Virus record (IMG/VR): IMGVR_UViG_2767802086_000001
Location: 12,953-76,952 of that record
Origin: a virus
Taxonomy: Duplodnaviria; Caudoviricetes
DNA: 64,000 bases
Direction: 5' to 3' (one strand)
The stretch's first letter is position 1. Each line of letters opens with the position of its first letter. A model generated the notes under the pieces. That model was not told the DNA's origin. It searched no databases and saw only the letters and a list, made by a program, of their open reading frames with translations. Below, piece by piece: positions 46,235 through 54,929 of the stretch. Both the position numbers and the translations under genes were made by a program.

Positions 46235-47206
46235 TCACAGATCTCCGTAGTAGTCGTTGTGGTCTTCGGGGTTGGTCCACGGCCCCTCGTAGTCGCCGAC
46301 GGCGCGGAGGCGAGGGCGGCTGGGCTGGTCGGGCTCGTCGTCGTAGCAGCCCTTGTTCAGCCAGGTGGCCGGGTACTTCGTGTACTTGGCGTCTTCGCCG
46401 GCCCGCTCTTTGGCGTAGCCGGCGGCGGCAGTGACGATGTGTTGCGGGTCGGCGCCGCGGGCAATGGCGGCTATCCATGCCTTCTTCGCTTCTTCGCGGG
46501 CCCGCTTCTTCGGGTAGTTCAGCCAGAAGGCACCGAAGGCGTCGAGGTGTTCGTCGGAGGCCGGCTTCGCGGGGCGCGGCTTGCTCGTGGGCTTTGACTC
46601 TGCGGCGGGGGTGAAGGTGTCTTCCTGAGCCGCAGGCGAAGAAGAGTCTTTATGTAGTTGGTTGTCTGACGGTTGTTGGTGGTTAGGGCGGCGTTCCGTC
46701 CGTGACGAACGGACTTTAAGTCCGTGACGGACGGACGCAGAGTCTGTGACATCGGCGGTCACAGACTCTGCGTCCGTGACCGTCACGCCCTTTGAATCCG
46801 TGACTGTCACAGACTCTGCGTGCGTGACACCCTTGGATCGGGACCGACGCTTCCGCTCCGCCGCAGCCGCCCGGAAGTCGTCCTCCTCGCGCTCCAGATC
46901 CGTCCAGTCGGACTCTGGGCGAACCATGTGCATGGCCAACTGCCACCGGATCCGACCCTCCCGCAGACCGTCCTTGCCGATGAGCTTCGCGGCCTCCAGC
47001 CGGCGCAGGGCCCGCTGGACCGTCGTCCGGTCGTAACCGGTCCGGAACTGGATCCGCATCACCGACGGGTGAGCGTTCGAGCCGTCCGGGTTGGCGTGCT
47101 CGGCAAGCACCTGCAGGACATGCCGTCCGGTGGTGTCCGGCTTGCCCTTCTCGGTCCGCGGCATGGGTGCGCGATCCATAGCCCAGTCGACGGCTTCGGT
47201 GCTCAC
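46235..47206 (-). CDS. Replication initiator (N-terminal wHTH, internal iterons)
   Basis: VLAEHAN..HPS..RTTVQRALRRL; FGAFWLNYPKK..YPATWLN; upstream of loader and helicase. Confidence 0.85.
   Translation of the reverse strand: MSTEAVDWAMDRAPMPRTEKGKPDTTGRHVLQVLAEHANPDGSNAHPSVMRIQFRTGYDRTTVQRALRRLEAAKLIGKDGLREGRIRWQLAMHMVRPESDWTDLEREEDDFRAAAAERKRRSRSKGVTHAESVTVTDSKGVTVTDAESVTADVTDSASVRHGLKVRSSRTERRPNHQQPSDNQLHKDSSSPAAQEDTFTPAAESKPTSKPRPAKPASDEHLDAFGAFWLNYPKKRAREEAKKAWIAAIARGADPQHIVTAAAGYAKERAGEDAKYTKYPATWLNKGCYDDEPDQPSRPRLRAVGDYEGPWTNPEDHNDYYGDL
46640..46830. repeat. Putative replication origin iterons within initiator gene
   Basis: 20-bp inverted repeat 46731-46777, third copy 46806-46821, many GTGAC/GTCAC, adjacent AT-richer tract. 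Confidence 0.75.
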
Positions 47207-47293
47207 GGGATCTTCTTCCTGCGGTACGGATAAGGACTGCTGTGGGCGTGGTGCGGCCGGTTCAGGTGGGGGCCGGGGGCGCCCGGTGGGTGG

Positions 47294-49051
47294 TCACGCG
47301 GCGGCCTGGAGGTCGGTGCTCGTGCCGCAGTCCTGCGGGGTGTGAATGACGGCCCGCAGCCGAGTCCCGATCCATGTGCCGACCTGCGGGCTTACGGCGT
47401 TGCCGAAGCCGTCCACTTGGTTGCGGGCGGAACCCCAGACGGTGAACGTGCCGCGGTAGTCGTTGAAGTCGACGTCGAAGCCGCAGCCGCGGCCGATCTC
47501 GTGCGCCGTCATCATTCGGTAGAAGCAGTCGTCCAGCGGCAGTTCGGCGAGCGACGCCTTCCACTGGGCCATGAGGAGCGCGGTCGTATCGGAGGCTGTG
47601 AGGGTGCCGAGCGGGTCGGTGAGCGGGTGCGGCGCGGTCCCGTGGTTGGGGCTGGTTCCGTTTTGCTTGTACCAACCGGCGGCCGTCAGGACTGCCGGGA
47701 TCTGCTCCGAGGTGAAGGTGGGCATCGCTTCGCTGTGAAGCGTGGGCAGCGTGTTCTTCCGGTACGGGATGACGCCGGAGGACAGCACGGCGAGGGTCTC
47801 CGACCCGACCTGGGTGGGCAGCGGCTCTCCGGCGCCGCGCGCGGCGCCCTGGTAGTTGTCCACGGCGAGCGCCATTGCCGGTGCGGCCAGGCCGGCCGCA
47901 GCGCCCTGTGCCCACAGCGGCTGGACGACGGGCCCGGTCGACAGGATTGCGGTCTCCTGCTGGCTGGTCTGTGTTGCCATCGGCTGCAGCAGGAGCCGCT
48001 CCGATCCGTGTACGCCCTTCGCTGGCATGAGGATCGCCGGGAAGTCCGCGAACCGTTGGCGACAGCGTTCGGCTCGGGCCATCGACGACCGTGCGAGTGG
48101 TCCGACGAAACCGTCCTTGAACGTCTTGACCGGCTTGTCGCCGATGCGTGTGCCGAGGTTGGTGAGGTCGAGCGCGGCCAGCGACGGCGTCATCGGCGGG
48201 ACGACGGGGCGGCGGCAGGACGGGCACCGGTACTCGTACTGCTTGCCGTACATCACCGTGCCGGACTCCGGGATGCCGGTCTTCCACGTCCACACCGCCT
48301 CGACGTCCTTGTCGCAGCCGCCGCACCGGGACACCGGGCGGTGCTCCAGGTCGGGCATCGGCAGGGACTTGTGGACGAACACCCAGTAGCCGCGGTCCCG
48401 TGACTGCGGAACCCCGAAGAACTGGCTGTTCAGGTACAGCACTTTCGGGGGGTGGTAGTCGAGCAGCTCGAACTGCTTGACCCACCACCGGTAAGTCGAG
48501 CCGTCCCCGACCTTCGGGCGTCCTGGCAGCGCCGGCCCCCACGAGGTGAGCTGGGTGGTGCACTCGACGAGGATGAGCCGCGGGCGGTGCCGCTCGGCGT
48601 AGTGCAGGACACAGTTCGCGGTCGCCCGGTCCCGCTCAGAGCGGGTGACACGCGCCTCGTAGTCGGGGTCCTCCAGCTCGAACAGGGTCCCGCCCTGCTC
48701 GTAGGCCTTGGCCGTGTTCGCGAGCGAGTGGTTCACGCAGCTGACACCCGCGACCAGCAGGTCGGCGGCAGGCAGGTCCCGGGCGGAGTGGTAGTCCGCC
48801 TCTTCGGGGTTGATCAGGTCGGCGATCCAGTGCTCAGCCTCGGGGTGGTTCGCCTCGTGGACCTCGACCTTGTAGCTGTTGTGGTTCGCGGCCATGATCG
48901 TGGTGAATCCGGCTTCCTCGATGCCGCGGGTGAGCCCCCCGAAGCCGGAGAACAGGTCGACGGCGATGAGGTCGTCGTGCCGGAACCGGCGGCGCTTGAC
49001 GGCTGGCCGGTGTGTGGCGGCTCGGCTCTTCTTCTGGGGCGCGATGGCCAT
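47294..49051 (-). CDS. C5-cytosine DNA methyltransferase with atypical motifs
   Basis: DLFSGFGG (I), AGVSC (IV), VECT (VI), VPQSRDR (VIII), FGNAV (X); CxxC..CxxC insert. Confidence 0.85.
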   Translation of the reverse strand: MAIAPQKKSRAATHRPAVKRRRFRHDDLIAVDLFSGFGGLTRGIEEAGFTTIMAANHNSYKVEVHEANHPEAEHWIADLINPEEADYHSARDLPAADLLVAGVSCVNHSLANTAKAYEQGGTLFELEDPDYEARVTRSERDRATANCVLHYAERHRPRLILVECTTQLTSWGPALPGRPKVGDGSTYRWWVKQFELLDYHPPKVLYLNSQFFGVPQSRDRGYWVFVHKSLPMPDLEHRPVSRCGGCDKDVEAVWTWKTGIPESGTVMYGKQYEYRCPSCRRPVVPPMTPSLAALDLTNLGTRIGDKPVKTFKDGFVGPLARSSMARAERCRQRFADFPAILMPAKGVHGSERLLLQPMATQTSQQETAILSTGPVVQPLWAQGAAAGLAAPAMALAVDNYQGAARGAGEPLPTQVGSETLAVLSSGVIPYRKNTLPTLHSEAMPTFTSEQIPAVLTAAGWYKQNGTSPNHGTAPHPLTDPLGTLTASDTTALLMAQWKASLAELPLDDCFYRMMTAHEIGRGCGFDVDFNDYRGTFTVWGSARNQVDGFGNAVSPQVGTWIGTRLRAVIHTPQDCGTSTDLQAAA

Positions 49052-49200
49052 CAGGCGGCTTCCTTCAGGGTCTCGGAGTGGCGGCTGGTCGTCGTATTGG
49101 TGGCGGGCATTACCAATGCCGGGTGTCGCATTAGTCGCGGGACTGCACTAATCGCGGTCGTAATTGAGATGCCAGAACGACAACCGTGAGAATGAGAATA

Positions 49201-49247
49201 GCGTTCACAGTTCGCGATCACAAGGCGCGTCCACGTAGCGCGTTCAC
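49201..49247. promoter_or_regulatory. Four direct repeats GCG(T/A)(T/C)CAC at 13-bp period
   Basis: Copies start at 49201, 49214, 49227, 49240, just upstream of HTH gene. Confidence 0.6.
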
Positions 49248-49263
49248 CGTGGGGTGTGTCACC

Positions 49264-49539
49264 ATGAGCGGCATGGACGCCCTTGAGAAGGAGATTCAGG
49301 AAGCCGCCGTCAGCCGCCAGCGGGCCGAGGAGGCCTTTCTGCAAGCGGACGCGAAGCTGAAGGATCTGCTGGTCAAGGGACGTGCGGGTGGTCTCGGCCC
49401 GTCGCAGATGGCGAAACTCACGGGCTTCACCCGCGAGTGGGTTGCGAAGATCGCGCCGGACCCGAAGAGGTCCCGCCAGAACGCCATCCAGCGCCGGCTC
49501 GACCGGAACGCGGCTGGCGACATCGCCGACTCCGACTGA
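49264..49539 (+). CDS. Small HTH regulator
   Basis: GLGPSQMAKLTGFTREWVAKI; divergent from methyltransferase. Confidence 0.75.
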   Translation: MSGMDALEKEIQEAAVSRQRAEEAFLQADAKLKDLLVKGRAGGLGPSQMAKLTGFTREWVAKIAPDPKRSRQNAIQRRLDRNAAGDIADSD

Positions 49540-49597
49540 CGTCACGTCCCCTCCCCTCTGCCCCGCGGTGTTCGCCGCGGGGCGTTGTTGTGTGCGG

Positions 49598-50479
49598 TCA
49601 GGCGGCCTGGGCGCGGGTGCGGCGGCGGAGCCGGTTGAGGGCGCTTTCGCCTTGGGTGATCTCGGCGGCGGTCTTACCGGCGCGTCGGTCGCAGCCCCAC
49701 GGCTTCGACGGGATCTCGCCTTCGTGCCAGAGCTTGCGGAAGCGGCGGCGGCCACCGCTCAGCTGCGACTTGAGGCTGTTGGTGGTACCCAGGAGCTGTT
49801 CGGCCTGCCGGTAGTCGCCGGTGGCGGCGAGGGCTTCGACGGCTCGGCGCTGCCCGTCGGTGAGGGTCGGGAGGATCTGCTGGAGCGCCATCCGCTCGAC
49901 GATCCCGTTCTCGGGGCTGGGTGTCGCGCGGCCGTACCACGTCCAGTAGAGGGCGTACTTCGCGCCGTTGTTGGAGGTGTCGCGGCGTGTGCCGTGGTGG
50001 CGCATGTTGTCGCGGACGTCGGACGCGAGGGCGCGGCGGCCGGCTTCCATGAGTTCGTTGCGCCGCGGTGCCTGGGTGGCGGTGTAGAGGTGTTCGACGA
50101 TGCCGTGCCAGGCGGCGGCGTACAGGTCGTCGCGGTCGCCAGCGGGCCACCAGGTCCGGTTGTTGGAGACGACGGAGCGGGCGAGCGCGTCGAGGGTGTG
50201 CAGGGTCCAGCCGTAGCGGATGCCGTCTGTTTCGGTCGGCTGGTTGTCCGGCTCGATCTCGGCCTGCTCGATGGTGAACGTTCCGGCCTGGGCGCCGTGG
50301 TTGGCGATGGTGCCGGTGAGTGTGGCGCCGTCGAGGTGGATGTCCACTCGGGTGGCGCCGAGTTGGCCGCGGGCGTGACGGTGAACCTGCGCGGCGAGGT
50401 CTGTGGTCGTGGCGCCGGTGATGGTGAGGCTCCGGGCCTCGCCCGCCAGGTGCAGGTACAGGGTGTATTCGGTGGTCAC
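49598..50479 (-). CDS. Sigma-70-like regulator (region 4 HTH)
   Basis: ERMALQQILPTLTDGQRRAVEALA..DYRQAEQLLG..LSGGRRRFRKLW. Confidence 0.65.
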   Translation of the reverse strand: MTTEYTLYLHLAGEARSLTITGATTTDLAAQVHRHARGQLGATRVDIHLDGATLTGTIANHGAQAGTFTIEQAEIEPDNQPTETDGIRYGWTLHTLDALARSVVSNNRTWWPAGDRDDLYAAAWHGIVEHLYTATQAPRRNELMEAGRRALASDVRDNMRHHGTRRDTSNNGAKYALYWTWYGRATPSPENGIVERMALQQILPTLTDGQRRAVEALAATGDYRQAEQLLGTTNSLKSQLSGGRRRFRKLWHEGEIPSKPWGCDRRAGKTAAEITQGESALNRLRRRTRAQAA

Positions 50480-50489
50480 GGTGTCCTCC

Positions 50490-50723
50490 TCAGGCGGCTT
50501 GTGCGCGCCGGGCGCGGTTGAGTCGCCGGAGTTCGTTTTGGTCGAGGCCGCCCCACACGCCCCAGTGCTGCCGGGTGTCGAGGGCGTAGTCGAGGCATTC
50601 GGGGCGGACCGGGCAGGCCATGCAGGTGCGCTTGGCTGGTGCCGGACTACAGCCGGGTGCGGGGTGGAAGAGGTTCGGGTCCGTCTGCCTGCAGAGCGCG
50701 TCTTCGCGCCACCGCTCGCTCAT
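50490..50723 (-). CDS. whiB: WhiB-family transcription factor
   Basis: WREDALC..DPNLF..CMACPVRPECL..GVWGG. Confidence 0.93.
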   Translation of the reverse strand: MSERWREDALCRQTDPNLFHPAPGCSPAPAKRTCMACPVRPECLDYALDTRQHWGVWGGLDQNELRRLNRARRAQAA

Positions 50724-51145
50724 GCCGACACCGCCCTGAAGATGGCCGCGTACTGGTCGCGCATGGGCTGGTCTTCGACGTGATCGGGGTGGACGCAGCC
50801 GTTGGCATCGCAGCCGGCGCGGACGCGGCCGATGGGGTCGCGGTCCCAGCGGATGCGGAAGGCGATGCGGCCGGCTGTGTGCATTCGCCCGCCGGTGCGG
50901 ATGGCGGGCACGCCGGTGCTGTTGCGGTGGCCGGCCCAGAGGAGGTGGCCGCCGTCAGCGGGCTGGGTGCGCCGCCAAAACAAGTCTTCGGGGCTGGCCG
51001 AGCCCTTGATGGTGCGGGCGTCGGGCAGGCCGAGTTCGGCTCGGATGCCAGCTACGTCGCCGTGGTCGCAGCCGACTTCGCGGGCGATGCCATGGTTGGA
51101 CACCCCGGCGTGGAGGAGTTCGACGATCGCGGCCCTGGACATCAC
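50720..51145 (-). CDS. HTH plus HNH/His-Me-finger-like protein
   Basis: GVSNHGIAREVG; FWRR..LLWAG..GC..GCVHPDHV. Confidence 0.65.
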   Translation of the reverse strand: MMSRAAIVELLHAGVSNHGIAREVGCDHGDVAGIRAELGLPDARTIKGSASPEDLFWRRTQPADGGHLLWAGHRNSTGVPAIRTGGRMHTAGRIAFRIRWDRDPIGRVRAGCDANGCVHPDHVEDQPMRDQYAAIFRAVSA

Positions 51146-52077
51146 GCCGCCTCTGCGGGGTGGCGCTGGAGTTCCTGCTGCAGGTGCTGGCGGGTGATGC
51201 CGAGGCGGGCGGCGGCCTGCTCGTAGTCGAGGCCGGAGATGCGCATCAACTCACGGGCGTCTGCGGCAAGGTTGGCGCCGCGGTTTGAGGCGGCAGCTTT
51301 GGCGTGGCCGAGTTCGGCCCAGCGCTCCTTGTGGTCGAGGTGGGCCCGCTCGGCCTTCCACCCTTCATGGGCTGTCTGGCAGCGCTCGCACATCGGCAGC
51401 TTCTGCACGGTGTGCATCCACCAGCCGCGGTCAGTGCCGCAGCAGCCGGTGAATTCGGGGGCGGCGGTCGGGTCGTCGATGGTGTCGTCGTCCCAGACCT
51501 CCGGTCCCAGCCATCCGCTGCGGGCAGCCTGGTTACGGCACCGGGTGGCCAGCCACGGGGTGACGCCGTGGGTCTCGGCCTTGCTGCCGCATGCCGATTC
51601 GTAGAGGTCACGTACAGCGCGGGCCAGCCGGGCGGTGACCTGCTGGTTGTGCCGCGCGTTCTCGATCGTCTTGACGTTGACGAAGTTGATCCGTTGGCGG
51701 ATTGCCGTGGCCGGCCAGCCGGTGGCGCCGAGCGCCTGGAGCCTGCGGCGGGTGCCGGTGGCGTCGATAACGGCGCCGTCGATGTAGTCGTCGAGGGTGG
51801 GCCAGTACGCGAGGAGCGCCGTTGCGCTCTCGGTACGGATCCGCACGGCGGGCGGGTAGCCGGTGGCGCCGTATACGAGGTGGTCAAGGGTTGAGGAACT
51901 CACTCCGGTGACGGCAGTGAGGTTTTTGAGCGACATGCCGGCATCCCGGATGGCCAGTACGTGCTGACGTACAGGCTCGGCGTCAACGAACGGCTTCCAC
52001 TGGCCGTATCCGATGAGCCTGCGGCGGCGCCTCATCCAGCGGGCGGTTGCGTCGCGTACAGCCTGGTCGGTGCTCAT
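51142..52077 (-). CDS. Multi-HTH DNA-binding phage protein
   Basis: VDAEPVRQHV, GTRRRLQAL..GW, WDDDTIDDP, CGTDRG..H..CERC, AAARLGIT. Confidence 0.75.
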   Translation of the reverse strand: MSTDQAVRDATARWMRRRRRLIGYGQWKPFVDAEPVRQHVLAIRDAGMSLKNLTAVTGVSSSTLDHLVYGATGYPPAVRIRTESATALLAYWPTLDDYIDGAVIDATGTRRRLQALGATGWPATAIRQRINFVNVKTIENARHNQQVTARLARAVRDLYESACGSKAETHGVTPWLATRCRNQAARSGWLGPEVWDDDTIDDPTAAPEFTGCCGTDRGWWMHTVQKLPMCERCQTAHEGWKAERAHLDHKERWAELGHAKAAASNRGANLAADARELMRISGLDYEQAAARLGITRQHLQQELQRHPAEAA

Positions 52078-52388
52078 CGGTCTCCTTCGCGGGTGTAGTC
52101 GGGTGCGGCGTACAGGTCTTCGAGCTGGCGGCGGGTGTCGTCGTCGACGCCAGGTGTCGTCTGGATGAGGGGCGCTTCGGCGATCAGCCGGCCGAGGCAG
52201 CGCAGCCGGATGAGGTCGGTGAACTCGCGCTCGGCCTGGGACCGCCGCTCGGCCCGGTCGTGCAGCAGCTGACGGGCGCGGTCGGATACCCAGATGAAGC
52301 CGCGCCCGGCGGCGAGTACCGCAGCGGTGAGGATCACTCCGGGCCCGTAGTAGAGGACGGTGTCGATGAGCTGGTCGAGGGTCGTCAT
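52074..52388 (-). CDS. Small membrane protein
   Basis: ATGA overlap; one TM segment. Confidence 0.55.
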   Translation of the reverse strand: MTTLDQLIDTVLYYGPGVILTAAVLAAGRGFIWVSDRARQLLHDRAERRSQAEREFTDLIRLRCLGRLIAEAPLIQTTPGVDDDTRRQLEDLYAAPDYTREGDR

Positions 52389-52834
52389 GCCGCCCACCGC
52401 CTTACGGGCAGTCCGGCCTTGGCGAGCCGCCGAAGGCAGTCGGCGGTCCCGGTGGACTCCCCCACCTGGAAGGCCAGGGCGATTAGCGGCTGGCGGTCGA
52501 CCATGTTCTGGTTGCGCCGGTGCCCCGCGAGCGGGCAGTAGTCGGTGCCGTTGCGGCGGGTCTTCCGGTGGCCGGGCCGACAGGTGTCGGCGCAGGGGCC
52601 TTCCCAGTCGGCTTCGACGGGCAAGTGGCCAACACCCTGGTCGAAGCGGGCCTTGGCCCAGTCGCCGCACATGGCGTCGGCGCCGTCGGCGGTGCCTTCC
52701 ATGACCTCGATGCCGCAGTAGCCGTCCTGCCTGGCGTCGTGCCACGTCTCGGTGAGTACGTCGTTGATCAAGTCTCGGTCGGTCCACGCGCGGGAGCCGA
52801 GGCCGAGCACCAGTGCGAGGTAGGGGCCGTTCAT
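52385..52834 (-). CDS. SLOG-superfamily (DUF2493/YspA-like) protein
   Basis: GSRAWTD, EGTADGADA, ADW, AGHRRNQNMVD, STGTADC. Confidence 0.8.
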   Translation of the reverse strand: MNGPYLALVLGLGSRAWTDRDLINDVLTETWHDARQDGYCGIEVMEGTADGADAMCGDWAKARFDQGVGHLPVEADWEGPCADTCRPGHRKTRRNGTDYCPLAGHRRNQNMVDRQPLIALAFQVGESTGTADCLRRLAKAGLPVRRWAA

Positions 52835-53169
52835 GCCGCCCTCCGCTGGGTGTTTGCGAAGGCGGCGAGGACGTACTCGCCGATCTCCTTGTGGTGGGTG
52901 TCGCGGGAGGTCGAGCGGACCTTCCGGATCTCGACGATCGGCGGCGGCTTCCGGTTGACCATGGACAGGAAGACCAGGCCGGCGGTGTGGTGGGCCATCT
53001 CGGGCAGCAGGTCGCGGAACGTGTTCATGGAGAACGGCCGCCCGTCCTCCCCGAAGATCTCTATCGCCTGCTCGATGAGCGCCTTGTCCCACTCGGAGAC
53101 CGAGGCGATGAACGCGGCGAGTTCGGCGCCTATCCGGAGGCGGTCGGCTGCCGTTGCGGTGGTGGTCAT
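52831..53169 (-). CDS. Hypothetical protein
   Basis: Coupled ORF; PFSMNTFRDLLP. Confidence 0.6.
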   Translation of the reverse strand: MTTTATAADRLRIGAELAAFIASVSEWDKALIEQAIEIFGEDGRPFSMNTFRDLLPEMAHHTAGLVFLSMVNRKPPPIVEIRKVRSTSRDTHHKEIGEYVLAAFANTQRRAA

Positions 53170-53393
53170 GACGCCCGCTCCTCGTTGACGGTGTCGGTGG
53201 CCAGGTAGGCGGGGACGTGGCCGGTCGCGAGGACGTGGCGGATGTCACCGGCGGCCTTGCGGATCTGCTGGGCACGCTGACGTCCGGGGACCGTCGTGGC
53301 CCGGTTGGCGATGGCCTCGTAGCGGCGGGCCAAGTCGGCGAGAGCGGCGCGGAGATCGGTGTCGGTGGGCTGGGGCGGGTGCGAGGCGGTCAT
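53166..53393 (-). CDS. Small hypothetical protein
   Basis: AGGAG RBS; DIRHVLATGHVP similar to DLQHVLTAGQMP of upstream gene. Confidence 0.6.
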   Translation of the reverse strand: MTASHPPQPTDTDLRAALADLARRYEAIANRATTVPGRQRAQQIRKAAGDIRHVLATGHVPAYLATDTVNEERAS

Positions 53394-53461
53394 GGCGTGT
53401 TCTCCTGGGTGGTGCCGGGACTGCTCGCATTACGGGTGCGAGCAGTCCCGGCGGTGGTGGA

Positions 53462-53983
53462 CTAGAACGGGACGTCGGGCTCGTTACCGAGAGTCAGATC
53501 GGCGATCTGCCGCTGAATCGCTTCGACGAGGTCGACGCCCTCGCTCCTGAGGGCCCAGGTCAGTTCGCGTGCCTGATGGCGGGCGCTTACCGTTGCCGGG
53601 CTGAGGAGCAATGTGACGATGTGCCCGACGACCAGGGACTGAACGGCACCCGGAGTCGGCCGAGGCTTCAGCGGGAACGGCTTTGCCCACGGGTCGTCAA
53701 GGGCTGCGGAATCCGTCGCGCTGACTGCCTCCGTGTGGACGTGCCCACAGTCGCCCCGCCCGCGCTCCTCGTCCGTCATCAGCGAGCACGGCATCTGGCC
53801 GGCGGTGAGGACGTGCTGGAGGTCGCGGATCAGTCGCAGGTAGATCGTCCGGAAGTGCCCGTACTTGAGGTCGAGGTCTTCGTGGCCGGACGATTCGTTG
53901 TAGGTGTCGGCGGTCTCCTGCCAGCGCTCGATGAGCGTGTCGAGGAGGCGGCGTTGTACCGCCATGGTCTGGTCGGTGGTCAT
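53462..53983 (-). CDS. Hypothetical protein ending in SSB-like tail (EPDVPF)
   Basis: AAGGAG RBS; C-terminal DVPF. Confidence 0.65.
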   Translation of the reverse strand: MTTDQTMAVQRRLLDTLIERWQETADTYNESSGHEDLDLKYGHFRTIYLRLIRDLQHVLTAGQMPCSLMTDEERGRGDCGHVHTEAVSATDSAALDDPWAKPFPLKPRPTPGAVQSLVVGHIVTLLLSPATVSARHQARELTWALRSEGVDLVEAIQRQIADLTLGNEPDVPF

Positions 53984-54047
53984 GTCGTGTGGTCTCCTTC
54001 TCGGAGACCGCCCCGCACTGCCCGCGGGGCGGTCTGCTGTGTGCGGG

Positions 54048-54929
54048 CTAGTTCGGGGATCCGGGCTTGGCGACGTCCTGGCCGGCCCACGGGTCGTCAG
54101 CTGGCGGCGCGCTGTTTCCCGACCGGGTCGGCGCCTTGCTCTTGATCTCGGCGGCGGTGATGCGGGCCTGCGGGAATTCGTCCTCGACCGAGATCTCGCG
54201 GCGCTGGATCGACTTGTGCGTGATCAGCAGTTGGGCGATGTCCGGGCCGGTCCACTGGTCCCGCTTGCGTCCGAGCTTCTGCTCCAGCCGGTCCGCGCTG
54301 ACTCCGAGGCCGGCGAAGACCTGGATGGCGCCCTCGATGCGCTCGGGGAGCGGCTTGCCGTCGCCCTTGTTCAGAGTCTGGCGGCAGAGGTCTTCGGCCT
54401 CTTCGATGAACCAGTCCGGGATGGTTGCGAAGATCGCTTCCCGGAGGCGGCGGGCGCCGTTGTTGGCGTTGTTCTCGTAGATGTCGCGCAGGTCGATGAG
54501 GGCTTCGACCTTGCCCTTGGCGAACTTGGCGTGGGGGACGATGAAGGTGAGGACGTGCCGGGTGTTGTTCTCGACGTCCCAGGCGAAGGCCTGCATTTCG
54601 GACTGGCGGTATTCGTCGTCGCGGCGCATCTCGGTGACGCCGTACTGGATGTTTCCCCAGGACTGGGCGAGGGTCTTCGCGAGGTGGATGGTCGAGCCTT
54701 CGACTGCGCCGCCGGCCCGCGGGAAGCGGTAGAACGCCTTCCCTGCGAGGGCCATGGACTGGCAGGCGGACTGCATGCTGTTGCGGGCGCGGCCGATCTC
54801 GCGGGGGAACTGGCGGGCGACGTAGATCGCGGCCTGGACCTCGGCGACGGCGCGGGACTGTTCGACGGCCGTGGCCTGGCCGATGCGGTCGGCACCGGGG
54901 GCGGCGGGCATCTGGGCGGGGAAGTTCAC
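54048..54929 (-). CDS. Putative single-strand annealing/recombination protein
   Basis: Coupled to RecE-like gene; VARQFPR, FPRAGG.VEGSTI, WGNI, ARRLREAI; ends DDPW; start GTG 54929. Confidence 0.65.
   Translation of the reverse strand: MNFPAQMPAAPGADRIGQATAVEQSRAVAEVQAAIYVARQFPREIGRARNSMQSACQSMALAGKAFYRFPRAGGAVEGSTIHLAKTLAQSWGNIQYGVTEMRRDDEYRQSEMQAFAWDVENNTRHVLTFIVPHAKFAKGKVEALIDLRDIYENNANNGARRLREAIFATIPDWFIEEAEDLCRQTLNKGDGKPLPERIEGAIQVFAGLGVSADRLEQKLGRKRDQWTGPDIAQLLITHKSIQRREISVEDEFPQARITAAEIKSKAPTRSGNSAPPADDPWAGQDVAKPGSPN

Noticed and set aside
46700-46830. CRISPR-like or mini-array reading of the repeats here and at 61678-61765 and 49201-49247
   Set aside because: Units are short, inverted or lack unique 25-40-nt spacers; no cas genes; better explained as iterons and operators
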